Source of the DNA: Octopus sinensis
Lineage: Eukaryota
Length of the DNA stretch: 64,000 nt
Direction: 5' to 3'
Assembly (NCBI RefSeq): GCF_006345805.1
Contig: NC_043020.1
Location: forward strand, 24,614,001-24,678,000
The notes beneath the pieces are model-generated. The model did no database searches. It saw nothing but the letters and a program-made list of their open reading frames with translations, and was not told where the DNA came from. Position 1 is the first letter of the stretch. The number at the start of each line of letters is the position of its first letter. A program made the position numbers and the translations under genes. This document shows positions 1 to 14,348 of the stretch, in pieces.

Positions 1-134
1 TTCAGGAAGGGCATCTCTGATGAGTTGTCAGTAATGCCAAGTGCAACAGTAGACGCGAAACCGGTTCTACGACATAACCAAGTACATACTAATCGGCAAT
101 TTAAACGTGTTTGTATACCTTCATATATATATGC

Positions 135-222
135 ATGTATGTATGTATGTATGTATGTATGTATGTATGTATGTATTATGTATGTATTATGTATGTATTA
201 TGTATGTATGTATGTGTGTGTG
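135..222. repeat. (TATG)n microsatellite
   Basis: Direct reading; it produces the YVCM-repeat ORFs 25..228 and 111..380. Confidence 0.95.
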
Positions 223-361
223 AGTTAAATATAAGGCAATATGACTCTCCCCAGACAAAACGTTTGTTTCAACACACGAATTCACATAAAGAATCTTGCA
301 AACCAGATACAAAACTGAAGTCTAATAATAATAATAATTATTATTATTATTATACTTTCTA

Positions 362-433
362 CTATAGGCACAAGGCCTGAAATTCTGGGGTAGGGGATAA
401 GTCAATTACATCGACCCCAGTATTCAACTGGTA
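362..433 (-). mobile_element. SINE family A, 3' fragment
   Basis: ggcacaaggcctgaaatt...catcgaccccagtattcaactggtac is the reverse complement of the 3' half of the copies at 6968 and 45643; adjacent (AAT)n tail. Confidence 0.8.
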
Positions 434-565
434 CATATATGTGTGTATATATATATGTACATATATGTATATATATATGTATATATATATGTGTGTGTGT
501 GTATATATGTGTATATATGTGCATATATATATATATGTGTGTGTGTGTGTGTCTGCATATATATG

Positions 566-597
<32 letters not shown>

Positions 598-645
598 ATA
601 TATATATGCGTGTAGATAGATAGACAAACAGACAGACAGACAGAC

Positions 646-707
<62 letters not shown>

Positions 708-708
708 G

Positions 709-743
<35 letters not shown>

Positions 744-744
744 G

Positions 745-830
<86 letters not shown>

Positions 831-832
831 CA
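434..832. repeat. Compound (TA/TG)n + (GACA)n/(GATA)n microsatellite
   Basis: Direct reading. Confidence 0.95.
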
Positions 833-3337
833 GATTAAAGTAAACCTACACACGTTTCTACTGCATCGATTAGTAGCCGTTACAATTGCAACTCTACTAT
901 AATATTGAAGTTTCTTCAGGGTCTATACTTAAATATCTTTTGACTTAACTGTTTAAAGCTTTTCGTTTATTAATACACACACTGAAATCTTCCTACTGCC
1001 AGTAGAACTAAAACCAAGCTGTCCAAGCTACAACCATATCTTCTTTCATATTTTAAGAATAGTTATATCTAGCACTATAGCGCCTACCTTTGTTTTTGCA
1101 AGATAATATGATACGAAAGTAGAGATATTTAGCTGTAATTTATAGCATGTCTGGCAGAGACAAAAACAAATTTCCTCCAGTTCTATCATCAAAAATTATC
1201 CATTTGTCAATTTTCAAAAATTAAAATCTATCTTCATTATCCAATCTGCTATTAATTTTTTTTTTTATTCCAGCAAAATGGTGTATTAAGGGAGATTTGG
1301 CTGCTATTTCTAACTAACAAGTCGAATGACCACGTAGAGATGATCTCATTGCTTAGAGGTCTCTCAGCAGTTGGAATTGCTTTTGTGGTGGTGGTGGTGG
1401 TGGTGGTATTGCCATTGCTGCTAGTGTTGGTGCTGTTGAAGTTACTGCTGCTGATAGTGTCGTTATTGTTGTTAATGTTGTTGCTGCTGCCGCTGTTACT
1501 GCTGCTGTAGATTGCTGCTGTTATTTTCAGCATTGCATGTTGTTGTTCTTGCTATTTCCCTGTTATTGTTACTGTTGTTGTTGCTGTTGTTTTTCTTGTT
1601 GTTATTGCTGTTGTCGGTTATCTAAGCGCCACCACAAAACTCCCAAAATCTGATTATGGCTATGAAAGAGGTGTGTCACGCTTAGCGGCTTGGAGCGTCG
1701 AACCTATTGATGAACTCGCCACTCCCACACCCCTTTGACCACAATGTCTGCTCCCAGCTGAGGACCCACCTCTCCCTGGTCCCTGATTTTCCTCTCTGTA
1801 GCCCGCTCCATAACCCCTTTTCACCCACCCCCACTACTATTGTCACCAAAATATTTTACTTGAAACGGTGTAAAGCCTCAGCAGATTCCAATGGCCAGAG
1901 ACGTTAATCATTTTGGACATTGATGTTGGATTAATGGCGTGGTGGTCAGTGTTGGACCTTTGATGGTGTAATAGCCAGTGGTTTTGAGCGGGGAGACAGT
2001 AAAAGGGTAGAAGAGTAATGTTGAGTGAGGGAAAGAGCATATATATATAATACGCGTGTGTGAATGGATATATATATATATATATATAATATATATATAT
2101 ATAATATATATATATATATTATACGCGCACACATACACACACACACACAGACCTATATGTATATGCTTTCGTGGAAAGATTAAATAAACCAATAAGTTTG
2201 TGTGGTTGTATATATTATACATACACATATGTAGGTGTGTTTATACATATGCACGTTAAATATACTTACATATACTCATGTATATATGCCGGAGAGCAGG
2301 TGAGTGTGCGCATATATATATTAATAGATAGCTAGAGTGTATATGTACGTGTGTGTAAATATATATATACACACAGACACGAGTGAATGGACAAATGAAA
2401 GAAAAGACACACACACACACGTGTGGGTGGGAGGTGACAGACAGACAGTGTGTGTAGAATGAAAAATGCATACAAGTGGTAATATCCATAATAAAGTGAA
2501 TCATCGCATGCATAAATACACACACATCCATCCATCCCTACAAGTGGTTATGCCTGTAGCGGTTGTGGTGGATGTAATAAAGGAGAGGTAGTCTTGGATA
2601 TTCTAGCGAAGGCGACAGTATGGCTCACGTAGCAGTAATTGGTGGTGTTTAACCCCAGGTCAGTAAATAATCGAGTCGAACTATAAGCATAGGTGTTACA
2701 AACCTGATCATCTCGCCTTTCATTTAGGCTGTGTGTAGCCTGGACTACATTAGCCAAAGTGAGACTTGGTTTTCAGATGATTTGTAAATAGCAGTTGGGC
2801 AAGGCCCTCTTGAAATATTTAAAACCATCTTAGAGAGAGAGAGGGGGGAAGCGGAGGAAGAGAGAGAGTGAGAGAGTGTGTGTGTGTGTGTGTGTGTGTA
2901 CGCACGCGCACGCGTGCATGTGTATGTATGTTAAAATATCCATGCAATATCTGTATTTTATATCCAGAAATTTCAATTATTAGATCTTATAGGATTCCTT
3001 GATCTGTTTTTAAATTTTAGATCCCACCCCTGGGGGAGTTTTCGTTCCATGATTACCTGGATAATCTCAGCTGGTCAATGTAACTCTAGTGACTGTATTC
3101 CACATGCCAGATTCTATCGTCTGTACGTAGAACGCTACCCGGGGTTGTAAAAGTTCAGCCATTGATTGGATTGGATTCCATTGTGTGTTGCCCGATGCTG
3201 GATTAAGACCTCAGTATGGTCTCTCCACCGACCAGTGTTCAATTTGGAGGCCGTGAATTTAAGCTTGAGAACATAATGGTCTGATGAGCCTACTCCGCCA
3301 CACTGGCTTTACATGGCTTGGCAGAGGGGATGTATTT

Positions 3338-3399
<62 letters not shown>

Positions 3400-3403
<4 letters not shown>

Positions 3404-3959
3404 CATGCAGGAAGTAAATAGACACCTTTAATTTTCATAATTTCTGATCTAAGCGTCGTAATATGTTTTCAGCGGTATAGAATTTACAATGTAATTATTG
3501 TTTTTCCTTCCAGGAGCCATTATGTTAAACATTTGCGAAGAGTAACCATGTCACGCATAAAAAAATCAGCACAACTGTCAAATTTTCAAAGAGGTCGTAT
3601 TGTTAGGCAATCTGAGGCTGGTCTTAGCCAACGAAAAATTGCAGAAAATCTTCAAATTCCTCTTCCTACTGTTAATAGAATTATAGTGCAATTCAAAAGC
3701 CAAGGTAAAGAATCTACACATTCTCGTCCCGGCTGACCTGAGCCATCGTATTTGTGGAGAATTGTGGAAAACGAACCCCGTTCGAAGGCTTCTGATATTG
3801 CAAAACATCTAGAAGTTAGGTCCAAGAACGTGTGTTACATATCTGCATAAGCTTAGGTATTATGGACGAGCAGCTAGAAGAAAACCTCTCCTTCAGCCAA
3901 TTAATATCTAATGAAAGATTTTGAAAATTAAAGGTGTCTATTTACTTCCTGCATGTCTG
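3400..3959 (+). mobile_element. Internally deleted Tc1/mariner DNA transposon with transposase DNA-binding-domain remnant
   Basis: Perfect 38-bp TIRs (CAGACATGCAGGAAGTAAATAGACACCTTTAATTTTCA, 3400-3437; reverse complement 3922-3959), flanked by (TA)n. Translation from 3549: [19 protein letters not shown]...[11 protein letters not shown]...RPG*P...ENEPRSKASDIAKHLEV, then after a frameshift YLHKLRYYGRAARRKPLL, matching the Tc1 paired HTH region. No DDE domain. Confidence 0.92.
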
Positions 3960-3961
3960 TT

Positions 3962-4003
<42 letters not shown>

Positions 4004-4164
4004 CAGTCGATTCCAGCTATATTCTAATGAAAGCAACATACCTAATGGAGAAATACTATAGAAACAACAGACGAGACTGAAAGACCTGCACTTGGCAGCT
4101 GACACTGTCTTAGTCGTTGGAGGATATAAAAACCTTCAACGGTTCAGATCGGAACTAGAACAGA

Positions 4165-4276
4165 ATTAAAGGTAAAGTGGACCACGGCGGAATTTGAACT
4201 CAGAACATAAAGACAAACGAAATTACGCTAAGCATTTTGCCCAGCGCGCTAACGATTCTGGCATCTCGTCGCCTTA
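4165..4276 (-). mobile_element. SINE family A, 5' part
   Basis: ggcggaatttgaactcagaac...gctaacgattctggcatctcgtcgcc is the reverse complement of the family A head. Confidence 0.8.
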
Positions 4277-4589
4277 TCACTAATTCATTACAAAATATTG
4301 CTAGAAATATATATCAAGGTTGCAGTGGAATTCGAACTCTGAATGTTAGGCGTTATAGAGTAGTAACAAGCAAACTATAACTCCCTAAATGGATCATAAC
4401 GAGCTAACAACCCGAAAATATAAAAGGAAAATATGTGTCTATATTTACACAATGAAAGTGGAAATTAGCTTTTGAGCATTCGCGCCAACTACACCAGATG
4501 AAAGAATTAATGGCTGCGCTTCAAAGCGAAAATTGGTTTGGTCCTTTATTACGGTTTGAGCCAGAGGGTGTGCTTGTTATGCGTGTGTG

Positions 4590-4710
4590 TATACATACGT
4601 ACATACATACATACCATACATACATACCATACATACATACATACATACATACATACATACATACATACAAGCATACATACATACATACATACATACATAC
4701 ATACATACAT
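4590..4710. repeat. (ACAT)n microsatellite
   Basis: Direct reading. Confidence 0.95.
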
Positions 4711-6473
4711 GTGTGTGTATGTGTGTGTGTAACATTCTATCTACCTTTATGTATGTGAATATGTGTTTAGTGTATACATATATATGTGTGTGTGTATGTG
4801 TAAATATAGTGTTTAGTATCTGTATATGCACGTGTGTGCACTTAATGAAATATGTAGCTATATCTGTATATGTAATAAAATATATACACTTATTTATAGT
4901 TGCGCGAAATGCAATTAGTAAAATTTAGGAGGGAATGCATGTAATACACACTGTTTAGTAATATTGTGTGTGTGTGTATCTATATATGTATGCACACGCA
5001 CGTATACATATTATATTTACGCATATATATGCATGCACTCACACACACATATACACGAGCTCCCCAATTATATATATATATATATTATATATATATATAT
5101 ATACATACATACACATATATACACACATATGCATACATATACGAATACACACACACACAGACCAGAAAAGTGGGGCGCTGACTATGAGGAAGCAAAGCAG
5201 CATCAGACGCCGCCGCCGCCGCCGCCATATCAGATGACTTTTTGCCCAATTTTAATTCCGTTATTTCAATTTATTTCAAACTCAAATATCTTGCTTTCTT
5301 CTTCTTACTATTTGTTGTTGTATTAATCAACAACAACAAATCAGAAAATACACGTCATCCTCACGTGACAGTCGGCAGCCCAATCAATATACGTCTTGCT
5401 TTGCCTTCTTTCACACGTCATAACGACCTGTCACAGATGGATTCTAAGATTTGGTGTGGTGGGTCGTTTAGTGCGGTGGGTGTGAGGTGTGGTGCCCCGT
5501 GGCAGTGGTGGCGGTAGTAGCGGTTGTGGTGTTGCCATGGTCTGGTGTGTGTTACAATGTTATATGTTGTACTAATGTGGCACTACGTGGAGGTGGTGGT
5601 CGTGGTGGTATGATATTGAAGGAGTGGTGTTGTGGTGCGGTGTAGTGGTTTAATGCATTAAAGGTGGTGGAGGTGGTGTGACGCGGGGTATGGGGGCTGT
5701 GACGTGTTCATTGTTTCTTAACCCCTACTACTCCAGCATGCTGACACTCCCTTTGTCTTTCCTCTGTTTTTCGCTGTCATCATCATCATCATCATCACCA
5801 TCATCGTCAATTTTAACAATTTATTAAAGTTAAACTTCTCCCTCATCTTCGTCATTATCCTGAATATCGTTATCATCGCCATCAACAAGAACAAGATGCT
5901 TATCGTCACCGCCGCTTTCATTGAAATTATTGAAGTCGTCATGCCATCAATCTTATCGTCAGCACTGTCGATGTCTCTCCAACGTCATCATCATCTTCGA
6001 CCACTTCCACCATTACCATCCTGGTGTCCATCGTCGGAATCAACGTCATCATTTTATATTTAAGTACGCAGCAAACAATGATGATGGTATTGCCTTGATC
6101 TTCACTCTGCGGCTCAAGAGACTTGAGCCGCGATCTCTAGTTGTGTCATGCCTTAATCCGTTGTTTTAACATTTGTTTTTTTTTACTTCATCTTTCTTTT
6201 ATTTCATCGTAATGTCACGCGGGTATTTTGCCTACATTAATATGTGTGCGCTATCGCATGCTGTTAGGCGTCCTTACATACTTTTAACCCCTTTCATACG
6301 GCGGGTTTTGTAGCTTTGCCTTATATTTTCCCAAGGTTTATAAAATCATTTGCCTGTCCATTACTCGATCGATGGTAGTGGCCACTTCTCATCCTCACGT
6401 GCTAAAATTTGAATCTCATTATCAAGCCACTTTAATAAATTTAATTTGAAAAAGAAAGCGAATGTTGAGAGGA

Positions 6474-6534
<61 letters not shown>

Positions 6535-6849
6535 ATTGAATTTTTAAAAAGTTAGGGTGACTAAACCTTCACTAAACATTCACCTGTAGACTGGAGAACA
6601 ACATTTAGATGAAAGCTTGTGTCCATGGTGGTCAGCTTAATCCTGGATCTGCAATGATCCTTGACGGGACCCAGCCGCAGTTTTTCCTGTATCAAGACGA
6701 TTGCATCACTTTATTACACGCTTTGTATGCTTTTATCTGCGTTTCCTTTCTCTACTTCTATCTTTTATGTAAACCCTACACACATTGTAATGTCCCCAGC
6801 ATTGTAATGTCCCCTATAAATAAAAGAAACTATTATTATTACTATTATA

Positions 6850-7200
6850 CTTCGGGGCCGATAAATTAAGTACCAGCTGCGTATTGGAGTCGATGTAATC
6901 GACTTAATCCCTTCTCTCATATTTGAAGCCTTGTGCTTCGAGTAGAAAGGATTATTATTATCATTAAGGCGACGAGCTGGTCGAATCATTAGGACGCCGG
7001 GCGAAATGCTTAGCGGTATTTCGTCTGCCGTTACGTTCTGAGTTCAAATTTCGCCGAGGTCGACTTTGCCTTTCATCCTTTCGGGGTCGATGAAATAAGT
7101 ACCAGTTAAGCACTGCAGTCACTATAACAGATTAGCAACTCCCCCGCCCCGTGAAATTGCTGGCTTTGTGTCAAAAATTTGAAATCATTATCATCATTAT
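6850..7200 (+). mobile_element. SINE family A: 3' half copy followed by a near full-length copy (starts ~6968)
   Basis: tRNA-like head with A/B-box-like motifs (GAGCTGG..GAATC; GAGTTCAAATT), central GCCTTTCATCCTTTCGGGGTCGAT..AAGTACCAG domain (resembles the Meta-SINE core from memory), (ATT)n tail. Confidence 0.85.
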
Positions 7201-9078
7201 AATCTATTTTTTATTTTTATTTTTTCTCACATTTGCACGAAGCTTCACAGTTACGAGAGAAAGCATCTTTGTTTGTGTTTAAGCAGCAGCAGCAGCTGTT
7301 GTGAGCGGGATTTTTTTTTTCTTTTTTCTTTCTGTCATTCATCTCTTCTGATTGTCTCTGGCACATTATCTCATTTAATTATGTGCTAACAATCTCGATG
7401 ATGATGATGATGATGGTGCTTGATCATCAACGATAACTGATGGTGGTGGTGGTGGTGTCGGTGGTGACAGTGACGAAGACAAGGACGGCAGCGTTTGTGT
7501 TATGGTGGATGGTAATGGTGATGATGAAGATGGAGTTGGTAGGGGGTGAAGAAGATAGTGTTGCAAATAATGACGGTGATGGCGATGATGATGGTGATGG
7601 ATAAGAATAATTATCACAGACACGCATGGAGAAAGCACACACACACACACACACGATTTCCGCATTCCACAGTGACGTTGCCCTCCCCCCCCCAACTCCT
7701 TCAACCTCCCCCACAGCCTCATCCTTCCCAGAATTCTCACTCCCCACCCACTCTCTTATTTTTTTACACTCTCACTCACAAATGGGATTATATTCAGTGG
7801 TGATGGCCACGGTAGTGGGTGGTAGTGTCGGTGGCGGTGTTGGCGGTGTGGGTGATGGTGGTGGTAACGATTTGAATGATGCCTGCCATTTGTTGTTGCT
7901 GTTTTGGTTGTCGTTTAGCCACAGGCCGGCACTGATCGGGAAGATTTATAACCAAAGGCATCCCAGCCGTGAACATCCCACCTTTTTCCTATACACCAGT
8001 GAACCTAGGACCACATTATCCAACATGTCCTGCATTTTTAAGACAGTACAATAGGAAACGAGATAAATTTGGTTACTATTTCTTGCCGGCCAAGCGGCTA
8101 CATAAGTACTGTTGTAGTTGTTGTAGGCGATGGCTTTGGTGAGGATGTTGATATTAAAGGCGGTGGTGATGGTCATGTTGGTAGTGGCGGCAGCTTTGAT
8201 CGTGGTATTAGTGGTGATGTCAGTGGTATCGGAAAAGGTGGTGGTGTTTTGAGGGGAGGCATCGGTGTTGCTAGTGTTGTAGCTGTCATTGCTGGTAGTA
8301 TATCTATTGGTTGTGGTGCTGTTGGCAGGGGTCATGATGATAATTGCTAATGCATAATTACTCGTGCCACTTCGTGTAAATTTATATATATTACTATACG
8401 TCAATAGTTTGGCAATTATAGAAAGCGCTATACTTCGCTGAAGAGTTCTAATAAGGGGGAAACCTGACCGAATTTGTCATCCTTACCAAAAACAGTTTAA
8501 GCTAATACCAGTCACTGAATGTCTCTTCCTCTCCACATAATCATCAAAAATTAATTAAATATTCTCACTCTTATTATCTTAATGAATTTTGAGTTCATAT
8601 CTAAAAGATTAAACTGATTAATTCATTGTTTTAATGGTAGTATTCTTGTTGTTGCTGTTGTTGTTGTCGTCGTTTATGTTGCAGGTTTCTGGTAAATGCT
8701 GTTGTGATTCATTATCGTCTTCGTCGATGCAAAGAGGTTTCCAACGCAAACTGATGTCGCACGTGTCTCCTGTCACCGATCGAGGAATGTAAAATAATGA
8801 AATAACAAGAATAACGACAACAGCAGCATCAGCAGCATCAGCAGCAGCAGCAGCAATAACATCAGTACCAGCAACAACAGCAGCAACAACGAGGCTGCCT
8901 GACGAGGTTACCGTCACGTGGGGCGACTGACCTACTATAAATAACAGTGAAACGTCTGTCGAATCAAAATCAGATGTCTTGGTTACGGCTGGAACTTCTT
9001 TGGCCACAGATTCGCTCAATCAGGGTTGACCCGAGGCGAAATACCAATGAAGATTTTGGATGGGAGTTTTATCTAGAG

Positions 9079-9843
<765 letters not shown>

Positions 9844-10205
9844 ATCTAGAGATATACGACAACTAGAACCAAATAACCACAACAACCAATACAATTAACA
9901 ACCACCATCGCAACTATCATCAATAAGAACTGTAACAATCATTCCCCAACCCCATCTCAACCACCACGTACACTGTCGATTCTCTTCAACGAGACATCTT
10001 TTTTCTAGATGTGGTGGAAATATTTAAGCAAGTACAACGAAAGAAGACGATGAAGTGAGGGAATTTGGGGTAAATAGATACGAGTTCGAATCCAAATATG
10101 GCACAAAAAAGAAGATATAACATAAAACTTCGAACGTTCTTGCGTTACATTTTACTGTAGAAAAAAATTTGTATATGCGTATAAATACACCTAGATTCCC
10201 TTATG

Positions 10206-10255
<50 letters not shown>

Positions 10256-10864
10256 CCATTTATATATGTGTGTGTGTGAATAGGTCTACACACACATATG
10301 TGTACATAAATATATATATGGATATGTGCATACATATATACATATATATTTGTGCGCGCGCACACACACACATATGTATGTGTATGTATATATATATATA
10401 TATACACATATGTATATATATATATATATGTATATATATATACATACACACACACACACGGACATTAACATCAAATGCATACTACTGCACCATTGAACAC
10501 CTAACTTGAATGGAATGTTACTTTCGCTCTCTCTATCTAGCCATTTCTTCGTTTGTCCCTCTCTCCCCCCTCTCTCTCACTCTCTCTCTCTCTCTCTCTC
10601 TTATGTGTGTGTGTGTGTATGTGTGTGTGTGTACACAAACACTCCTGCTACCTCTATCTACCTGTCTAATTCTCTCTCATAATCTCTTGCCTCTCCGCTG
10701 ACACTCCCACAACCACCCCCCTGCGCACACCAACCTACTCCATCTTTTGTGATTCCTGATCAGACATTTCTTGCCAGTTCCTCAATATATCAATGTCAAC
10801 ATTTAGACAGAATATATAACACAGCGATTCCTATTGACACTACACGCACACAGACACACACACA

Positions 10865-10950
<86 letters not shown>

Positions 10951-11206
10951 TACCTCATCCCTATCCCTACCACTCCCACAATGAGCAACATCGTCACCAC
11001 AGCCACCATTTCCACCACCACTACCACCATCATCATCATCGCAAGCAGACACCATTACCAAAACCATAACTTTCACACACACGCCACCCCACCCCAAATA
11101 CCACTGCTACTTCCATCACAACCGCCACCACCTCCCCTACACACTCACCTCGTCCTTCTCCCCCTTCCCATAATGATATGACACACCTGGTAGCAGACTC
11201 ACCTCA

Positions 11207-11238
<32 letters not shown>

Positions 11239-11860
11239 ATAACATTCCGTCACACAAACCACCGCCACTACCACCACACATACTACACTCACATATCAGT
11301 GTCGTAGTGGTGCTGATGGTGACGATGACGACGGTAATAATAATGATGATTATTATGATGATCACCATCATCATTACAATCCTCATTAACAATATCGTTT
11401 CATTAGAACTTTCGCCAGTACCGTCATCACCATCCCCACAGCCGCAACGACACTTCATCGCCACCAGCGTCGTCACCACCACCGTATTCGTCATCATAAC
11501 CATCATCATAACAATAACCATCACCATCATCATCCTATTGTTGCCATCGAGCTTAATCCACTTAATACCTGGTGGTGTTAATAACCGCCATTGTTACTAG
11601 TTTTATTAAACGTTCCCTTCTCATCTCTGTCATCGCAACGCTGTTGCTTGAATAGTCTTGTCGTCATCGTTATTGGTTTTGATGTCAGCGTCGTCATTTT
11701 CTGTCATCGCACTTTACGTTGATGTTAGCAGATGTTGTTGTTGTTGTTTTCGTCATCGTTTTTGTCTGTAAAGTCATCTTTGCTATTGTTGTTGTCTTTG
11801 TTATTTTGTTCTGTTGTTGTTGTTGTTGTTGTCTTTAAGCAGCATCCCTGTTATCCTTCA

Positions 11861-12211
11861 TCTTTCACTCGTTTCAGTCAGACTGTGGCCATGCTGGGGC
11901 ACCGCATTGAGGAATTTTAGCCGAATGAATCGACCCACAGTACTTCTTTTTGAAGCCTGGTACTTATTCTATCGGATACTTTTGCCGAACTGCTAAGTTA
12001 CAGAGACATAAGCATACCAACACCGGTTACCAAGAGGTGGTGGTAGACAAACACGAGCTTCTTTCAGTTTCCGTCTAGGAGATCTCCCCAAGGCTTTGGT
12101 CGGCCCGAGGCAATAGCAGAAGACATCTGCCGAAGGTGCCACGCAGTGGGACTGAACCCAGAACCATGCGATTGGAAACTAAACTTCTTACCACACAGGC
12201 ATTCCTGCACC
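11861..12211 (-). mobile_element. SINE family B
   Basis: Reverse complement of the 9179 copy: tail at 11861-11905, head at 12130-12211. Confidence 0.85.
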
Positions 12212-12804
12212 TATTATATACAAATATTTATTCACAGTTGCAGCAGATGTAGTAGTGATTGTTGTTGCTGTTGTTGTTATATAGCCCTAGGCCGACTTTT
12301 GATGAAGAGACTTAAGATCAAAGACTTTCCAGCTTGGGCTTACTCCAGACAACAGTATCCGACGTTTCTTTCATTTTCTTAAGACATTACGATAGGATAT
12401 CATGATGCTTTGGCTGCTAGAATCGTTCCCAATACATTACTAATACTTCATTTATCGACCCCGAAACGATGAGAGAAAAACATGGCCTCAGCGGGTATTG
12501 AACAGCGGGTATGAAACAGAACCAAAAGACTGCAGCGCCACTCCATCCAACACTGGCTACTGAACCAACAAGCTACTTTTAGAATTATTTGGTGACTGAC
12601 CAAGGGTCAAACAACAAGAGTACCATCCCCTGTATTACTGATTTCTTTATTATCACCACTGCCACACCTACCATCACGTGCCATATACTAACGCCAATAT
12701 CAGAAGTCCATCTACCAGCAATTCCAGTTCCACTAGGACCAATATTTGGTAAACCTCGTTATTTTTATCTCAACGAGATATCTCGGCCAATGAAGGAATA
12801 TCAA

Positions 12805-13030
12805 CGTGCGTGTTTGACCAGCTAGAAAGAGCAGCTAAATAAGTCGCCCTCGGATCGTACGCTATCGCTTTAAAAACAAACAAACACAGAAACAGGTCGG
12901 ATAATATGGTATCTGGATAGTTTCTAGCTCATAAGCGAAAAGAATTATGAGATGGTCACTGTTGGATTGCCTTTGATCATGGGTCTGTTCGATAATGTTT
13001 GACCTGTGGGCTAAACGACAAAACAACAAC
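12805..13030. repeat. Unclassified dispersed repeat family D
   Basis: Shares CTAGAAA(T)AGCAGC(C)AAAT and GATGGTCAC..CTGGA.TGCCTTTGATCAT motifs with copies at ~1280-1350, 12270-12420, 22745-22900, 33420-33630, 57280-57445, 58640-58820 and 61130-61300. Confidence 0.6.
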
Positions 13031-13625
13031 AACAAAAAACTGAAACGTTCGCTCTGGCACTAATCAGCAAAAAAAAGAAAAAGAAAAATCACTGAAGACA
13101 ACTACTATAGTCGCAGCAGCAACCACCAGAGCACACCACCAGCAACAGTGGCAACGATATCAACAGCAGTGACAGAACTGAAGTAGCTCCCCATTCCAGC
13201 CTCCCCCACACACTCACACCACCACCACCACCACCACCACCACCGTAACCACAACAGCAAACAGTATCATTTCACACCTGACACGTCTAGAGTCACTGCT
13301 AATCAATCAAACGGAATTTCCGCCATCTTAAGACCGCTACTCTCATTAAAATTTTGATTTATTTCTTTGTTTATATAAGTCATTTATTATTATTAATATG
13401 ATTATTATCATCATCATCATCATTATTATTATTATTATTATTGCTGTTGCTGCTGTTTAGTATTGTTATCATTTAAATTTTATTATATTTATACATTTTC
13501 CTTTTTATTTATATCTTTTCCGAGATATGTCTAAAACACCAAAAACCACACACACACAGACACACACACGTTACATAACTTGTAATAGCCCCTTCATTGC
13601 CTGCCCCTCAGACAAATAATTGAAA

Positions 13626-13657
<32 letters not shown>

Positions 13658-14097
13658 GTCCCTAAAAATTGTAGGCCCTGTATCTAAGTCAAAAACCCGC
13701 CCCATCAAGCTCCTCTGGCAAAGTAAATGAACATTTGTTACTGTTAATATTATTATTTCCATTATTATTATTATTATTGGTGGTGGTTGTTTTGTTGTTG
13801 TTGGTGTAGTTTTTGGCGTTGCAGCCATTTAAAAACTGCTCCGTCATCCATCACAAACCGCCCTCCGCCGTCACTGATTCCGCGCTACAAATACGGTTAC
13901 GTCACTTTGGAATGCCATGAATAAACTTCCTGCTTAAAGTAAAGACAAAAACCAGGGAAGACAGATGCACGTGTGATAAGGGAGTCGGGGGTTCGGTTGG
14001 GGCGTGGGTGGTGTTGCGGGAGGGGTCGGCTGGGGGCTGGGGTTAGAGACTGTAGTGACGTGTTTCTTACGCGGCGCCACATACTGATGCATACACG

Positions 14098-14252
14098 AGA
14101 AGATGGGAAAAAGAAAATGAAAGGGAAGAAGGGAAGAAAAAGGGAAGGAGAAAAAGCAGGAAGAAGAAAGGGGGAAGAAGGAGAACTTAAGGGGAAGAAG
14201 AAGAGGAGAAGAAGAAGAAGAAGAAGAAGAAGAAAAGGAGGAGGAGGAGAAG

Positions 14253-14283
<31 letters not shown>

Positions 14284-14317
14284 TAGAAGAAGAAGAAGAA
14301 GAAGGAGGAGGAGGAGG

Positions 14318-14348
<31 letters not shown>

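Noticed and set aside
3062-3074. miR-216-like sequence TAATCTCAGCTGG
   Set aside because: The match covers only the 5' 13 nt and I cannot fold a clean pre-miRNA hairpin around it.
3281-3315. Hammerhead at CTGATGAGCC...GGC
   Set aside because: No GAAA after the putative stem II (reads TTTA).
6284-6480. piggyBac MITE starting TTAA|CCCC
   Set aside because: The right end AAGGG lacks TTAA and shows no extended TIR match.
6968-7060. tRNA genes at SINE heads (also 9179, 26602, 56440)
   Set aside because: A/B-box-like motifs are present but no full cloverleaf; each continues into a SINE body and tail.
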